Positions 1 to 8,930 of a stretch of DNA of 32,000 nucleotides are shown here, one piece after another (the first letter of the stretch is position 1; every line of letters starts with the position of its first letter). A program made the translations under genes and the position numbers. Location: the NCBI RefSeq assembly GCF_000019605.1, contig NC_010482.1:1260001-1292000 (forward strand), in the 5' to 3' direction. Below the pieces are notes generated by a model. The model did not search any database. It saw only the letters and a list, made by a program, of their open reading frames with translations, and was not told the DNA's origin. This stretch comes from Candidatus Korarchaeum cryptofilum OPF8. Its GTDB lineage: Archaea; Korarchaeota; Korarchaeia; Korarchaeales; Korarchaeaceae.

Positions 1-6
1 GCTCGC

Positions 7-1104
7 TCAAAGCTCTTGGAACCCCCTCACTACCTTGGAATCCATCTTCCTAATGAGAGCTAAGAGTAGCTTCATCGTGGCTTCGACATCATCTGGGGAG
101 AGTATCGAGCTGTGAGAGTGTATGTGCCTCGTAGGAATTCCGAGGACAACTGATGGAACTCCCTTGCTGTGCAGATGAACCCTTCCAGCATCGGTTCCCC
201 CTCTAACCGCTGAGAGTTGGTAGGGTATATTCTCCTCCTCCGCTACCTCTATCACGAACTCCCTCAGCTTGAAGTTCGGTATCATGCTCCTATCCCAAGT
301 TATTATCGAGACACCCTCCCCCATCTTCGCTGGGGCCTCAGCTGAAGTTATCCCCGGGGAGTCGCCAGCTATATCGACGTCCACTGCAATGAAGACATCA
401 GGATTGACAACATCAGCTGCTGTCTCAGCACCTCTCAATCCGACCTCCTCCTGCACAGTCGCTACAGCGTAGTAAGTATTGGGATGATTGACTCCCCCCT
501 CCTTCAGATTCCTGAGGACCTCCATGACGACTAAAGTGCCAACTCTGTCATCGAAGGCCTTCCCGAGCCAAGCCTTTCCTCCTCTCAATACCTCAAATGG
601 CGCTAGAGGGGCGACTGGATCCCCTATCCTTATCCCCATCTCCTTCACCTGATCCTTATTCTTAGCCCCTACGTCTATGAAGAGATCCTTTATCTCAATG
701 GGCTTATTCCTCTCCTCGGGAGTCATAAGATGAGGGGGCTTGCTAGTGATCACTCCAACGTGATCCCCTCTTTTCGTCCTCACGATGACCCTTTGAGCCG
801 GTAATGTAGTCGAGGCCCATCCACCCAGCGTTTCGAACTTAAGGAATCCATTATCCTCTATTGAGACTATTATAAAGCCTATCTCATCAACATGACCGGC
901 AGCCATGACTTTTGGTCCCTCAGTTTCTCCAGATTTCTTGAATATGAGGGATCCGAGGCCATCCCTTATCGAGCTCTCTGAAAAAATCGAGTATCTCTCC
1001 TTGATTAAGTTAATTGGCTCGGATTCGAATCCGGAGGGACCAAAACTCTCCGAGAGCCTGGAGAAGAAGCTCACCAACTCGTCGTCCATAGGGCTAGTAA
1101 CCAT
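7..1104 (-). CDS. M42-family metallo-aminopeptidase (TET/FrvX-like)
   Basis: Complete 365-aa ORF. Motifs GHVDEIGFIIVSIEDNGFLKFETLGGW, AFDDRVG and QEEVGLRGA are typical of M42 co-catalytic aminopeptidases. Confidence 0.9.
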   Translation of the reverse strand: MVTSPMDDELVSFFSRLSESFGPSGFESEPINLIKERYSIFSESSIRDGLGSLIFKKSGETEGPKVMAAGHVDEIGFIIVSIEDNGFLKFETLGGWASTTLPAQRVIVRTKRGDHVGVITSKPPHLMTPEERNKPIEIKDLFIDVGAKNKDQVKEMGIRIGDPVAPLAPFEVLRGGKAWLGKAFDDRVGTLVVMEVLRNLKEGGVNHPNTYYAVATVQEEVGLRGAETAADVVNPDVFIAVDVDIAGDSPGITSAEAPAKMGEGVSIITWDRSMIPNFKLREFVIEVAEEENIPYQLSAVRGGTDAGRVHLHSKGVPSVVLGIPTRHIHSHSSILSPDDVEATMKLLLALIRKMDSKVVRGFQEL

Positions 1105-1135
1105 ATGTATAAATTAACCTTTATCCGATAGAGCG

Positions 1136-2146
1136 ATGATGCCTAAGGAACCCGGAGCTCATATGAGAGCTGAGATAAATGAGCAACCTGAAGCCATCGC
1201 TAGGACACTTAAGGAGTGCTCCAATGAAGTGAGCGAAGCCGCTAAACTATTGGATAATTCATTCATATATGTCACCGGCAGTGGATCGAGCTATCATTCC
1301 TCGCTGGTGTTGAGCAGGGCGCTCTCCAGGATTGCTGGCTTGAGAGCGACCGCGATACCGGCATCGGAGCTCCCGGAGTGGATCCCAGGGGAGCTCCCCA
1401 ATTCATCTCTCGTAGCGATCTCCCAGAGCGGAGAGAGTATAGATGTTATAAATGCCGTAGAATCTTTCAGAAAAGCTTCTCCCGAATCTCCCATTCTCTC
1501 GATAACGAATACTAGGAATAGCACCCTCCATAAGATCTCCGATGTATCTATAATCACTAGGGCTGGGGAGGAAAGAGCTATAGCTGCTACGAAGACTTAC
1601 ACTACACAGCTCGCAGCTTCTTACCTCCTCTCACTAGAGTTAGCGGGGATCAGGGGTAAGGATATTGAGGAGCTCAGGAGGGAGCTTGAGAGGGTCCCTG
1701 ATGCCATCAGGGAGATCTTAAGTAAGGATTATAGAATCTATGCCGATAAAATAAGGGAAAAGGAGTTTGGATTCATTTTAGGAAAAGGACCGAATTATCC
1801 TACAGCTCTAGAATCTGCTCTAAAGCTTAGGGAGACTGCGAACCTGCACTACGTAGGTTACTCGGCGAGAGAGTTTTTGCACGGCCCAATACAGCTCCTC
1901 ACAAAGGGGACTCCCGTATTCCTAATACTAGGATCGGAGATAGAGGATATAGCCCAGAAGGTGAGATCCCTCGGAGGTGATGTTATAAATGTGGATGAAG
2001 GAGGGGATATCGAACTTCCGAAGATCAGCTATGAGCTATCCCCCATAGTCGCAGTAGTCCCGATGCAATTGCTCTCACTGGAAGTATCTATTTTAAGAGG
2101 ACTAGATCCAGATAAGCCTGAGAGATTGACTAAGGTGGTGAGATGA
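1136..2146 (+). CDS. SIS-domain sugar-phosphate isomerase/deaminase (GlmS isomerase-half-like, no glutaminase domain)
   Basis: 336 aa. Has N-terminal EINEQPEAI, GSGSSYHS and a second SIS repeat, as in the C-terminal half of GlmS or in GlmD/AgaS-type proteins. TATA-like TATAAATT at about 1108-1115. An alternative ATG lies at 1163. Confidence 0.8.
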   Translation: MMPKEPGAHMRAEINEQPEAIARTLKECSNEVSEAAKLLDNSFIYVTGSGSSYHSSLVLSRALSRIAGLRATAIPASELPEWIPGELPNSSLVAISQSGESIDVINAVESFRKASPESPILSITNTRNSTLHKISDVSIITRAGEERAIAATKTYTTQLAASYLLSLELAGIRGKDIEELRRELERVPDAIREILSKDYRIYADKIREKEFGFILGKGPNYPTALESALKLRETANLHYVGYSAREFLHGPIQLLTKGTPVFLILGSEIEDIAQKVRSLGGDVINVDEGGDIELPKISYELSPIVAVVPMQLLSLEVSILRGLDPDKPERLTKVVR

Positions 2147-2799
2147 TGAAACTACTCCTGATGGAGTTGGACAACGTGCTCTACAATTCCAAGCTCCTCA
2201 AGGCGATAGCTAGGGAATGGGCTGTGACAGCGATGAGGGAAGCCGGCCTCCCCATAGAGCATGAGATAGCCATGGAGACTCTGATGGAGGTCATTAGAGA
2301 TAAGGGGGAAGATTATCCATTCCATTTCGATGAGATGATGGTCAGATTGGGGCTTAAGAGGGATTTCAGGGTGATAGCTGCCGGAGTGATCGCATACCAC
2401 GATGTGAAGAGGGCCTTCCTCAGACCTCAGCCCGGCATCATGGAGCTCATAATGAGAGCGAGGGATATGGGGCTTACTATAGGTGTTATATCGAGGGGAG
2501 AGCCCGTTAAGGAATGGGAGAAGATCCTGAGATTGGGCATCCATCATATCGCCCATAAGATCTGGATAGGGAAGGATGTCTCCCTTAGAAGCATTTTATC
2601 CGATGGATTTAAGCCAGAGGAGATAATATTCATCGTTTGGAGCCCTGAGAATTTCAATGAAGCTAGAGAGCTCGGAATCAAGCATCTAGTGAAGGTGGGC
2701 GATGGTAAGATAGAGGTATTAGAGGGAGGCATTCTGGTCAAGGAGGGTGAACCTTGGAGACTAAAGGATGTTGTAGAAAGCCTTTTAGGAAGGCAATAG
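2143..2799 (+). CDS. HAD-superfamily-like protein with degenerate catalytic motifs
   Basis: 218 aa, with a 4-nt ATGA overlap with the upstream gene. The N-terminal LLMELDNVLY resembles HAD motif I but reads D-N-V instead of D-x-D, and no clear motif IV acidic pair is present. The fold assignment is tentative. Confidence 0.45.
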   Translation: MMKLLLMELDNVLYNSKLLKAIAREWAVTAMREAGLPIEHEIAMETLMEVIRDKGEDYPFHFDEMMVRLGLKRDFRVIAAGVIAYHDVKRAFLRPQPGIMELIMRARDMGLTIGVISRGEPVKEWEKILRLGIHHIAHKIWIGKDVSLRSILSDGFKPEEIIFIVWSPENFNEARELGIKHLVKVGDGKIEVLEGGILVKEGEPWRLKDVVESLLGRQ

Positions 2800-3239
2800 T
2801 CGGAGGTAGCTTCGATAGGCTTCATAGAGGGCACAAAGAGCTATTAGATTTAGCGTGTAAAGTAGCAGAGAGTCTGATCGTTGGATTAGCGGATGGACCC
2901 CTGGTGGAATCGAAGCCCCTAGCGGATAAGATCCTCCCCTTCGAGGAGAGGGAGATGTCCCTCAGGGAGTTTTTGGATTCTAGGGGGGTGCCTTACGAAA
3001 TTGTAAAAATTTTTGATCCAATAGGACCGGCTGCAGACATCGAGGACGCTGATGTCATAATAGTATCCACTGAGAGCTATAGAGGGGCTTTAGCTGTCAA
3101 CGAGAGGAGAAGGGAGAAGGGATTGAGTGAGCTCAAGATAATAGTCATTCCACTTGTCCTAGCTGAAGATGGTAAGCCTATATCCTCCAGCAGGGTGAGG
3201 AGCGGGGAGATCGATACGGAGGGCAGGCCCCTAATATAA
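2754..3239 (+). CDS. coaD: Phosphopantetheine adenylyltransferase, archaeal type (cytidylyltransferase family)
   Basis: GGSFDRLHRGHKELL (HxGH nucleotidyltransferase motif) and a C-terminal ISSSRVR motif. About 160 aa, as in archaeal PPAT. The only in-frame start upstream of the motif is TTG at 2754, which overlaps the upstream gene by 46 nt. Confidence 0.85.
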   Translation: METKGCCRKPFRKAIVGGSFDRLHRGHKELLDLACKVAESLIVGLADGPLVESKPLADKILPFEEREMSLREFLDSRGVPYEIVKIFDPIGPAADIEDADVIIVSTESYRGALAVNERRREKGLSELKIIVIPLVLAEDGKPISSSRVRSGEIDTEGRPLI

Positions 3240-3285
3240 CGTTAAATTTTTCAATTATATAGGTCCAGATACGGGGTGTTAGCTT

Positions 3286-4428
3286 TTGCCAGGGGAACTG
3301 CGGCTGATGACCGGTTACGACGCTTTAGTTGAGGGGGCAATTACAGCCGGCTGTCGCTTCTTCGCTGGTTATCCGATCACCCCTTCCACAGAGATCGCCG
3401 AGAGAATGTCCAATCGGTTGCCAAAAGTCGGAGGCATATTCATCCAGATGGAGGATGAGCTTGCATCCATAATAGCGATAATAGGGGCCTCATGGGGCGG
3501 CCTGAAGGCCATGACAGCTACCAGCGGGCCTGGCTTTTCCCTCATGCAGGAAGGTCTGGGTTTCGCGATAATAACGGAGACCCCTATAGTCTTGGTCGAT
3601 GTCATGAGAGGCGGGCCCTCGACGGGCTTAGTCACACTACCATCTCAAGGGGATGTGATGCAAGCGAGATGGGGGAGCCATGGCGATTATGCTATAATCG
3701 CCCTTGCACCATGGAGCTCTCAAGAGATGTTCGATTTAGCAATAAAAGCATTTAATCTGGCTGAGATCTACAGAAATCCTGTTATCATACTCTCCGATGA
3801 AGTAGTGGCCCACATAAGGGAACCCATAAAGATCCCCCCTCCGGATGAGATAGAGGTCGTTGAGAGGAGGAAACCCTCCGTCCCGCCGACGGAGTTCATA
3901 CCTTATCTCCCAGATCCCGGGGAATGGGTGAGCCCGATGCCAGCATTCGGGGAGGGCTATAATTTGCTGGTTGAGAGCGTCATGCATGATGAATTCGGCC
4001 ACAGGATCGGTATGGGGCAACCTATCGCTGAGAGGAAGATAAAGAGAATCTACTATAAGATAGAGAAGAACGTGGAGAAGATAGCGATGTATGAGGAGAG
4101 GGGTCTCGAGGATGCCGATGTGGCCATAGTCACATATGGTTCCTCAGCGAGGACCTCCCTGAAGGCTATGAAAGACGCTAGAAACCTTGGAATAAAGGTT
4201 GGGATGCTGAGGTTGATAACTCTTTGGCCTTTCTATGATAAACTCATAGAAGAGCTATCCAGCAAGGTGAAATCCATAGTTGTCCCTGAGATGAATATGG
4301 GCAAGATCGTCAGGGAGGTTGAGAGGGCTTCCAAGGGGCAGTGCAAGATACTCCCGGTTCCCAAGGTTGGAGGCGTCTTGCATAATCCTGATGAGATTTT
4401 ATCAGCTGTGAAACTGGCTGCGAGGTGA
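3286..4428 (+). CDS. korA: 2-oxoacid:ferredoxin oxidoreductase, alpha subunit
   Basis: GYPITPSTEI motif and a length of about 375 aa typical of KorA-type alpha subunits. Start is TTG at 3286 or ATG at 3307. TATA-like AATTATATA at 3254-3262. Confidence 0.9.
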   Translation: MPGELRLMTGYDALVEGAITAGCRFFAGYPITPSTEIAERMSNRLPKVGGIFIQMEDELASIIAIIGASWGGLKAMTATSGPGFSLMQEGLGFAIITETPIVLVDVMRGGPSTGLVTLPSQGDVMQARWGSHGDYAIIALAPWSSQEMFDLAIKAFNLAEIYRNPVIILSDEVVAHIREPIKIPPPDEIEVVERRKPSVPPTEFIPYLPDPGEWVSPMPAFGEGYNLLVESVMHDEFGHRIGMGQPIAERKIKRIYYKIEKNVEKIAMYEERGLEDADVAIVTYGSSARTSLKAMKDARNLGIKVGMLRLITLWPFYDKLIEELSSKVKSIVVPEMNMGKIVREVERASKGQCKILPVPKVGGVLHNPDEILSAVKLAAR

Positions 4429-4432
4429 TTGT

Positions 4433-5278
4433 ATGATTCAGGAGGAGAACTTCGAGCATATACTTGCGAAGAAATATATGAGAACTGAATTATTGCCTCA
4501 TGCTTTCTGTTCTGGCTGCGGAATAGGGATAATTGAGAGGATGATTCTGATGGCCTTCGAAGAACTGGGGGAGGAAGAGTGGAAGAGAACAGTCTTTGTC
4601 AGTGGGATAGGATGCTCCGGTTGGACCCCATTGTACTTTAGGAGCGATGTAGCTCATACACTACACGGTAGAGCGCTTCCCTTCGCCATTGGCTTGAAAT
4701 TGGCTAAACCGGAGCTCAATGTCGTTGTGGTAATGGGGGATGGTGATTCTATGGCTATAGGGGGAAATCACCTCATTCATGCAGCTAGGAGGAACATAGG
4801 GCTCACTGCCATCATAGTGACCAACATGGTATACTCACTCACGGGAGGTCAGATGGCTCCGACGACACCGGAGGGGGCTATAACTCAGACCACACCTTAT
4901 GGGAATATAGAGCCGAATTTCGACTTAATCGAGTTGATGAAAGCTGCCGGAGCTACTTATTTAGCTAGGTGGACGACATATCATGTAATTCAAGCTAAGA
5001 ACAGTATAAAGAAGGCGGTGAAGCATAAGGGATTCTCTGTCGTCGAGATAGTATCTCAGTGCCCCACTTTCATGGGGAGATATGTCCTCAACAAGTCTGA
5101 TCCCAGGGATATAATGCAGTGGTTCAAGGAAAATTCGATACCTGTAAGCGTCGCAGCTACTAAGAGTCCGGAGGAGCTTAAGGGCAAGATAATAGTCGGG
5201 GAGTTCCTCCACAAGCCTGAAGTAATGGAGTACACAGAGAGGCTTAAGCTCCTCAGGGAGAGAGTTGGGAGGAGATGA
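4433..5278 (+). CDS. korB: 2-oxoacid:ferredoxin oxidoreductase, beta (TPP-binding) subunit
   Basis: Has CSGCG, GIGCSGW and the GDGD TPP/Mg motif. 281 aa, directly downstream of the alpha subunit. Confidence 0.9.
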   Translation: MIQEENFEHILAKKYMRTELLPHAFCSGCGIGIIERMILMAFEELGEEEWKRTVFVSGIGCSGWTPLYFRSDVAHTLHGRALPFAIGLKLAKPELNVVVVMGDGDSMAIGGNHLIHAARRNIGLTAIIVTNMVYSLTGGQMAPTTPEGAITQTTPYGNIEPNFDLIELMKAAGATYLARWTTYHVIQAKNSIKKAVKHKGFSVVEIVSQCPTFMGRYVLNKSDPRDIMQWFKENSIPVSVAATKSPEELKGKIIVGEFLHKPEVMEYTERLKLLRERVGRR

Positions 5279-5610
5279 ATATGTCGACAGCTAAGGTAAG
5301 GCAAATAGTCGTCAGTGATAAGCTCTGTAAGGCATGTTACCTCTGCATATGGGCCTGCCCATGGGGGGTGCTGGAGATAAAGGAGGAGAGGAACTGGAGG
5401 GGGATAAAGAAGCCGTATGCAGCCAAGATTGAGCAATGTAGAGCTTGCAGGTTATGTGAACTCTATTGTCCGGATTTCGCGATACAAGTGGTAGTCGATG
5501 AGGAAGAGGAGAAGAAGATCCTGGAGGTTGAGGAGAGATACGAGAGGAAGTGGTTTGATAGGTTAAAGAAGAGGGATGAGATAATCTCGAAGGGTGTGTG
5601 GTGGTTATGA
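5275..5610 (+). CDS. korD: 2-oxoacid:ferredoxin oxidoreductase delta subunit (2x[4Fe-4S] ferredoxin) with charged C-terminal tail
   Basis: Two CxxCxxCxxxCP motifs (CKACYLCIWACP and CRACRLCELYCP). Overlaps the beta subunit by 4 nt and the gamma subunit by 13 nt. Confidence 0.85.
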   Translation: MNMSTAKVRQIVVSDKLCKACYLCIWACPWGVLEIKEERNWRGIKKPYAAKIEQCRACRLCELYCPDFAIQVVVDEEEEKKILEVEERYERKWFDRLKKRDEIISKGVWWL

Positions 5611-6155
5611 GGATAGAGGTCATGATATCCGGTTTCGGTGGTCAGGGTGTAGTTGTAGCTGGAGCTGTTTTAACTCAGGCAGCAGTTCTAGGGAATTATT
5701 ATGCGACATCTACTTATACTTATGGACCGGAGGCCAGGTTAGGGTCGACGAGGTCGGAAGTAGTGATATCGGATGAGGAAGTGGACTACCCGAAGGTGCT
5801 CAATCCCGATTATTGGATAGTAATGAATCAGCACTCTTTAAATACATTATCTCCTAGATATCAATTTGGAAAGACTATTGTTATTGCTGACGAGTCTAAT
5901 ATAAAATATTTCGAGCCAATAGAGAAAAAAGCGAAGATAATTTACAAAATTCCTGCAACAGATGAGGCAGAGAGGCTGGGGGATAGGCTAGTCACCAATA
6001 TGCTAATGTTAGGTATATTCTCCGGGATTTCTGGGGTAATATCTCCGGAGAATCTAAAAGAAGCTATAAGGGAAACTGTCAGACCTCAATTTATCGAGAT
6101 GAATATAAGAGCTGTTGATAGAGGGATTGAGATAGCCAAGACTCTCAAGGGATAA
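5598..6155 (+). CDS. korG: 2-oxoacid:ferredoxin oxidoreductase, gamma subunit
   Basis: N-terminal GFGGQGVV motif and a size of 185 aa match OFOR gamma subunits. Confidence 0.85.
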   Translation: MVVMRIEVMISGFGGQGVVVAGAVLTQAAVLGNYYATSTYTYGPEARLGSTRSEVVISDEEVDYPKVLNPDYWIVMNQHSLNTLSPRYQFGKTIVIADESNIKYFEPIEKKAKIIYKIPATDEAERLGDRLVTNMLMLGIFSGISGVISPENLKEAIRETVRPQFIEMNIRAVDRGIEIAKTLKG

Positions 6156-6174
6156 CTTTAATTCCCTCCCACTA

Positions 6175-6180
6175 TTTTTT
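6175..6180 (+). terminator. Oligo-T tract (T6) downstream of korG stop, candidate archaeal terminator
   Basis: TTTTTT lies 20 nt after the TAA stop at 6153-6155. Archaeal RNA polymerase terminates at oligo-T runs. Confidence 0.35.
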
Positions 6181-6183
6181 CCT

Positions 6184-6246
6184 CGGGCTGTGATGAGTGT
6201 TCGGCAAGAGGGCTTAAATGGCCCTTAAGAGGGTCAGCTGAGCCCG
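6184..6246 (+). ncRNA. Candidate box C/D (kink-turn) small RNA
   Basis: Reads 5'-CGGGC-U-GUGAUGA-(41 nt)-CUGA-GCCCG-3'. Consensus C box at 6190-6196, D box at 6238-6241, and a 5-bp terminal stem (6184-6188 with 6242-6246). The 41-nt spacing between boxes fits archaeal C/D sRNAs. TATA-like CTTTAATT at 6156-6163, about 24 nt upstream. Internal D'/C' boxes are not recognisable; a hairpin AGGGC-N7-GCCCT takes their place. Confidence 0.45.
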
Positions 6247-6256
6247 GGAGGATATA

Positions 6257-6940
6257 TTGCTACCGATCAGAGATGAGAACCCGAGTTACGTTAGGCCTCT
6301 AGTCAGCTACTCGCTCATAGCGATCAATGTGATGGTCTTCATCTTGGAATCATCGAGCCCGGAACTGATGAGTTCCCTCATAAGCGGATATGGCTTCACC
6401 CCCCTGGCCTTCATAGGGAGGCCTCTCTCAAATTCCTATAGGTTGATCACATCAATCTTCCTCCACGGTGGCTGGATTCACTTAATCGGAAATATGTTGT
6501 ATCTTTTCATCTTCGGGGATAACGTCGAGGCCGCCCTTGGACGTATAAATTATTTAATTTTCTATCTTTTTTCCGGAATTTCAGCAAACTTCGCTCATAT
6601 GATCGCCTCGAGCTTCCTCGGGATGCCGTTGGATCTGCCAGCTGTAGGCGCTTCCGGGGCGATAAGCGGAATTTTAGGAGCCTATCTGATCTTTTATCCG
6701 AGGGCTAGGATAATCACAGTCATACTCTTAGGGTATCTCGTTACATTAAGGCCGATATCTGCTAAGTACTTTCTGATTTTCTGGTTCATCCTACAGCTGA
6801 TCCCAGGAATTCTTGGAGAGGCTGTTGGAGTCGCTTACTGGGCTCATATAGGGGGCTTCCTCGTGGGCATAGTGATAGCTCTCCCATATAGATTCTCGAG
6901 GAGGGATCGCCTTGGAGGACATAGATTTACTGGCCGGTGA
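6257..6940 (+). CDS. Rhomboid-family intramembrane serine protease
   Basis: Has HGGWIHLIGNMLYLFIFG, GASGAISGILGAY (catalytic Ser) and AHIGGF (catalytic His). Multi-TM protein. TTG start is required because the first ATG lies inside TM1. Confidence 0.9.
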   Translation: MLPIRDENPSYVRPLVSYSLIAINVMVFILESSSPELMSSLISGYGFTPLAFIGRPLSNSYRLITSIFLHGGWIHLIGNMLYLFIFGDNVEAALGRINYLIFYLFSGISANFAHMIASSFLGMPLDLPAVGASGAISGILGAYLIFYPRARIITVILLGYLVTLRPISAKYFLIFWFILQLIPGILGEAVGVAYWAHIGGFLVGIVIALPYRFSRRDRLGGHRFTGR

Positions 6941-7508
6941 GTTAGCTGAAGTCATGAGGATAGCCTACATTAAGGGGATCACTACTGGAGGAGGGGGAAA
7001 CGCGAGCATAAGGATCTCTGACGGGTTCCTCATAACCCCCTCTGGGAAATTCAAGGGGAGACTCGAGGGAAAGGATATCCTCATGATAAACAATAGGGGC
7101 GAGGTTATTCGAGGGACAGGTAAACCTAGCTCCGAATGGAGGTTGCACTTGAAGATATATTCTATGAGGGAAGATATCAACTCCGTCCTGCACTGCCATC
7201 ATCCTCTAGCCACAGCATTCTCGATCTCCTTCAGGGACTCCTTGAAAGATATCGTTAGAGATTTCATGACGGAGGAAGCGAGCATCTTCCTGAAGGAGCT
7301 GACTGTAGTTCCATGGAGACCATTCGGGACTCAGGAACTAGCTGATATAGTTAGTGAAGCATTGAAAGATTCCAATGCAGTCTTAATAGAGAGACACGGG
7401 GCATTAGTTGTAGCTGAGGATCACTGGAAAGCCCTCGCTGCTATGGAATCTCTTTTGGAGACGCTATGGATCTTCTTATTCTGTAAGATCTTGAGGGGGA
7501 TTACCTGA
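6912..7508 (+). CDS. Class II aldolase/adducin-family protein (fuculose-phosphate aldolase or MTRu-1-P dehydratase-like)
   Basis: Has GGGNASIR, ITPSG, HCHHP and ERHGALV motifs. TTG start overlaps the rhomboid 3' end by 29 nt. Confidence 0.85.
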   Translation: MEDIDLLAGELAEVMRIAYIKGITTGGGGNASIRISDGFLITPSGKFKGRLEGKDILMINNRGEVIRGTGKPSSEWRLHLKIYSMREDINSVLHCHHPLATAFSISFRDSLKDIVRDFMTEEASIFLKELTVVPWRPFGTQELADIVSEALKDSNAVLIERHGALVVAEDHWKALAAMESLLETLWIFLFCKILRGIT

Positions 7509-8868
7509 ACCTCCAGGGCCTCCCTACACCGACGTAAGCCCTTCCAGCTGGGATGCGATCGACCTCCATTAAATCTCTACCGTCAACTATCAGCCTTATT
7601 TTCTCACTCATCGAGAAGAGCTCGCTCACACTCATTTTATAGATGCTATGATCCGTCGATATCACGACCACATCAGCTCCCAAGATCTCCTCCATATCGT
7701 TGACCAATCTCACCCCCATGGAGGAGAGCTTCTCATCCTCGCTTATGAATGGATCTTGGACCACTAAATCCTCGAATCCCATGGAGAGCAGCTCTTTAAC
7801 TAATTCATAAGTTGGAGAGAGCCTTGGATCCCCTATATCCCCCCTGAAAGATAATCCAAGAATTGCTATTTTCGGATTCTTCAATCCCAATCTCGAGATA
7901 CCCTCTCTCACGAGTTCAGCGACTTCCTTCGGCATGAACTCATTTATCCCCCTAGCTGTTGAGGTGAGATTCAGCTCGAATCCAACCGATTTGGCCTTCC
8001 AGATTAGGAACTTAGGGTATATGGGGATGCACAATCCTCCGACCCCAGTACCAGGCTTGTGGAGGTTGGAGTAGGGTTGACTGTTCGCAGCTTTAGCGAC
8101 CTCCTCGTAATCTATACCCAGCTTCCTGCATAGGATTGCGAGTTCATTCGCTAAAGCTATGTTGACATCCCTGTAAACCCCTTCAGCGAGCTTCTCAAAT
8201 TCAGCCACCAGTTCGTTCGATACCCTTATCACTCCCCTTTTGGAGATCACTGAATAGAGGATAGATGCTATTTCACCGCTCCTCTCGTCTACTCCCCCGA
8301 TTATTTTTGGGTAAGATTCTACGATGTCCCTCAGGGCTCTGCCTTCCGATATCCTCTCAGGGCTGTAAGCCAGACCGAACTCGCCTAGGGAAAGTCCGCT
8401 TTTCTCCTCCAATATCGGTTTGAGTAAATATCTAGTCGTCCCCGGGGGGACACTGCTCTCCAGAATGACAAGATCTCCTCTCTTGAGGCCCGAAGCTATC
8501 GACTCAGCAACCGAGCTTATTGCCGATAGATCTGGCTTCCCATCAGCCATCATCGAAGGAACAGCTATTATCTTCACGTCGGACTTAGCTGATGCCTCCT
8601 TTCCATCCGATGTTGCATATAGCCTTCCTTCCAACTTAGCCTTCTCGAAAATTTCTGAGAGACAAGGCTCATTCACTGGGGGCTCTCCCTTATTCAAGGC
8701 TCCGACCTTTCCCTCATCCTTATCTACTCCTATCCCCCTCGCTCCAGCTAGGAGCCAAGCCGCTAGTATAGAGGCTCCGACATGCCCTATGCCGTATACA
8801 GCTACTGTTATTCTGCCAGTTCGCAAGCCCATCTTGAGCTCCGAGGGACTTAATTCCATCACGGGCAT
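7501..8868 (-). CDS. Nucleotide-sugar dehydrogenase (UDP-glucose/UDP-ManNAc dehydrogenase family)
   Basis: N-terminal Rossmann motif VAVYGIGHVGAS and catalytic-Cys region GGLCIPIYP. 455 aa. The start may be the internal Met13. Confidence 0.88.
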   Translation of the reverse strand: MPVMELSPSELKMGLRTGRITVAVYGIGHVGASILAAWLLAGARGIGVDKDEGKVGALNKGEPPVNEPCLSEIFEKAKLEGRLYATSDGKEASAKSDVKIIAVPSMMADGKPDLSAISSVAESIASGLKRGDLVILESSVPPGTTRYLLKPILEEKSGLSLGEFGLAYSPERISEGRALRDIVESYPKIIGGVDERSGEIASILYSVISKRGVIRVSNELVAEFEKLAEGVYRDVNIALANELAILCRKLGIDYEEVAKAANSQPYSNLHKPGTGVGGLCIPIYPKFLIWKAKSVGFELNLTSTARGINEFMPKEVAELVREGISRLGLKNPKIAILGLSFRGDIGDPRLSPTYELVKELLSMGFEDLVVQDPFISEDEKLSSMGVRLVNDMEEILGADVVVISTDHSIYKMSVSELFSMSEKIRLIVDGRDLMEVDRIPAGRAYVGVGRPWRFR

Positions 8869-8930
8869 TTTGATCAGGATCTAATCGGGCTCGCACTTAA
8901 AGATGTTGACCCCCTATTACGGAATTTGTA

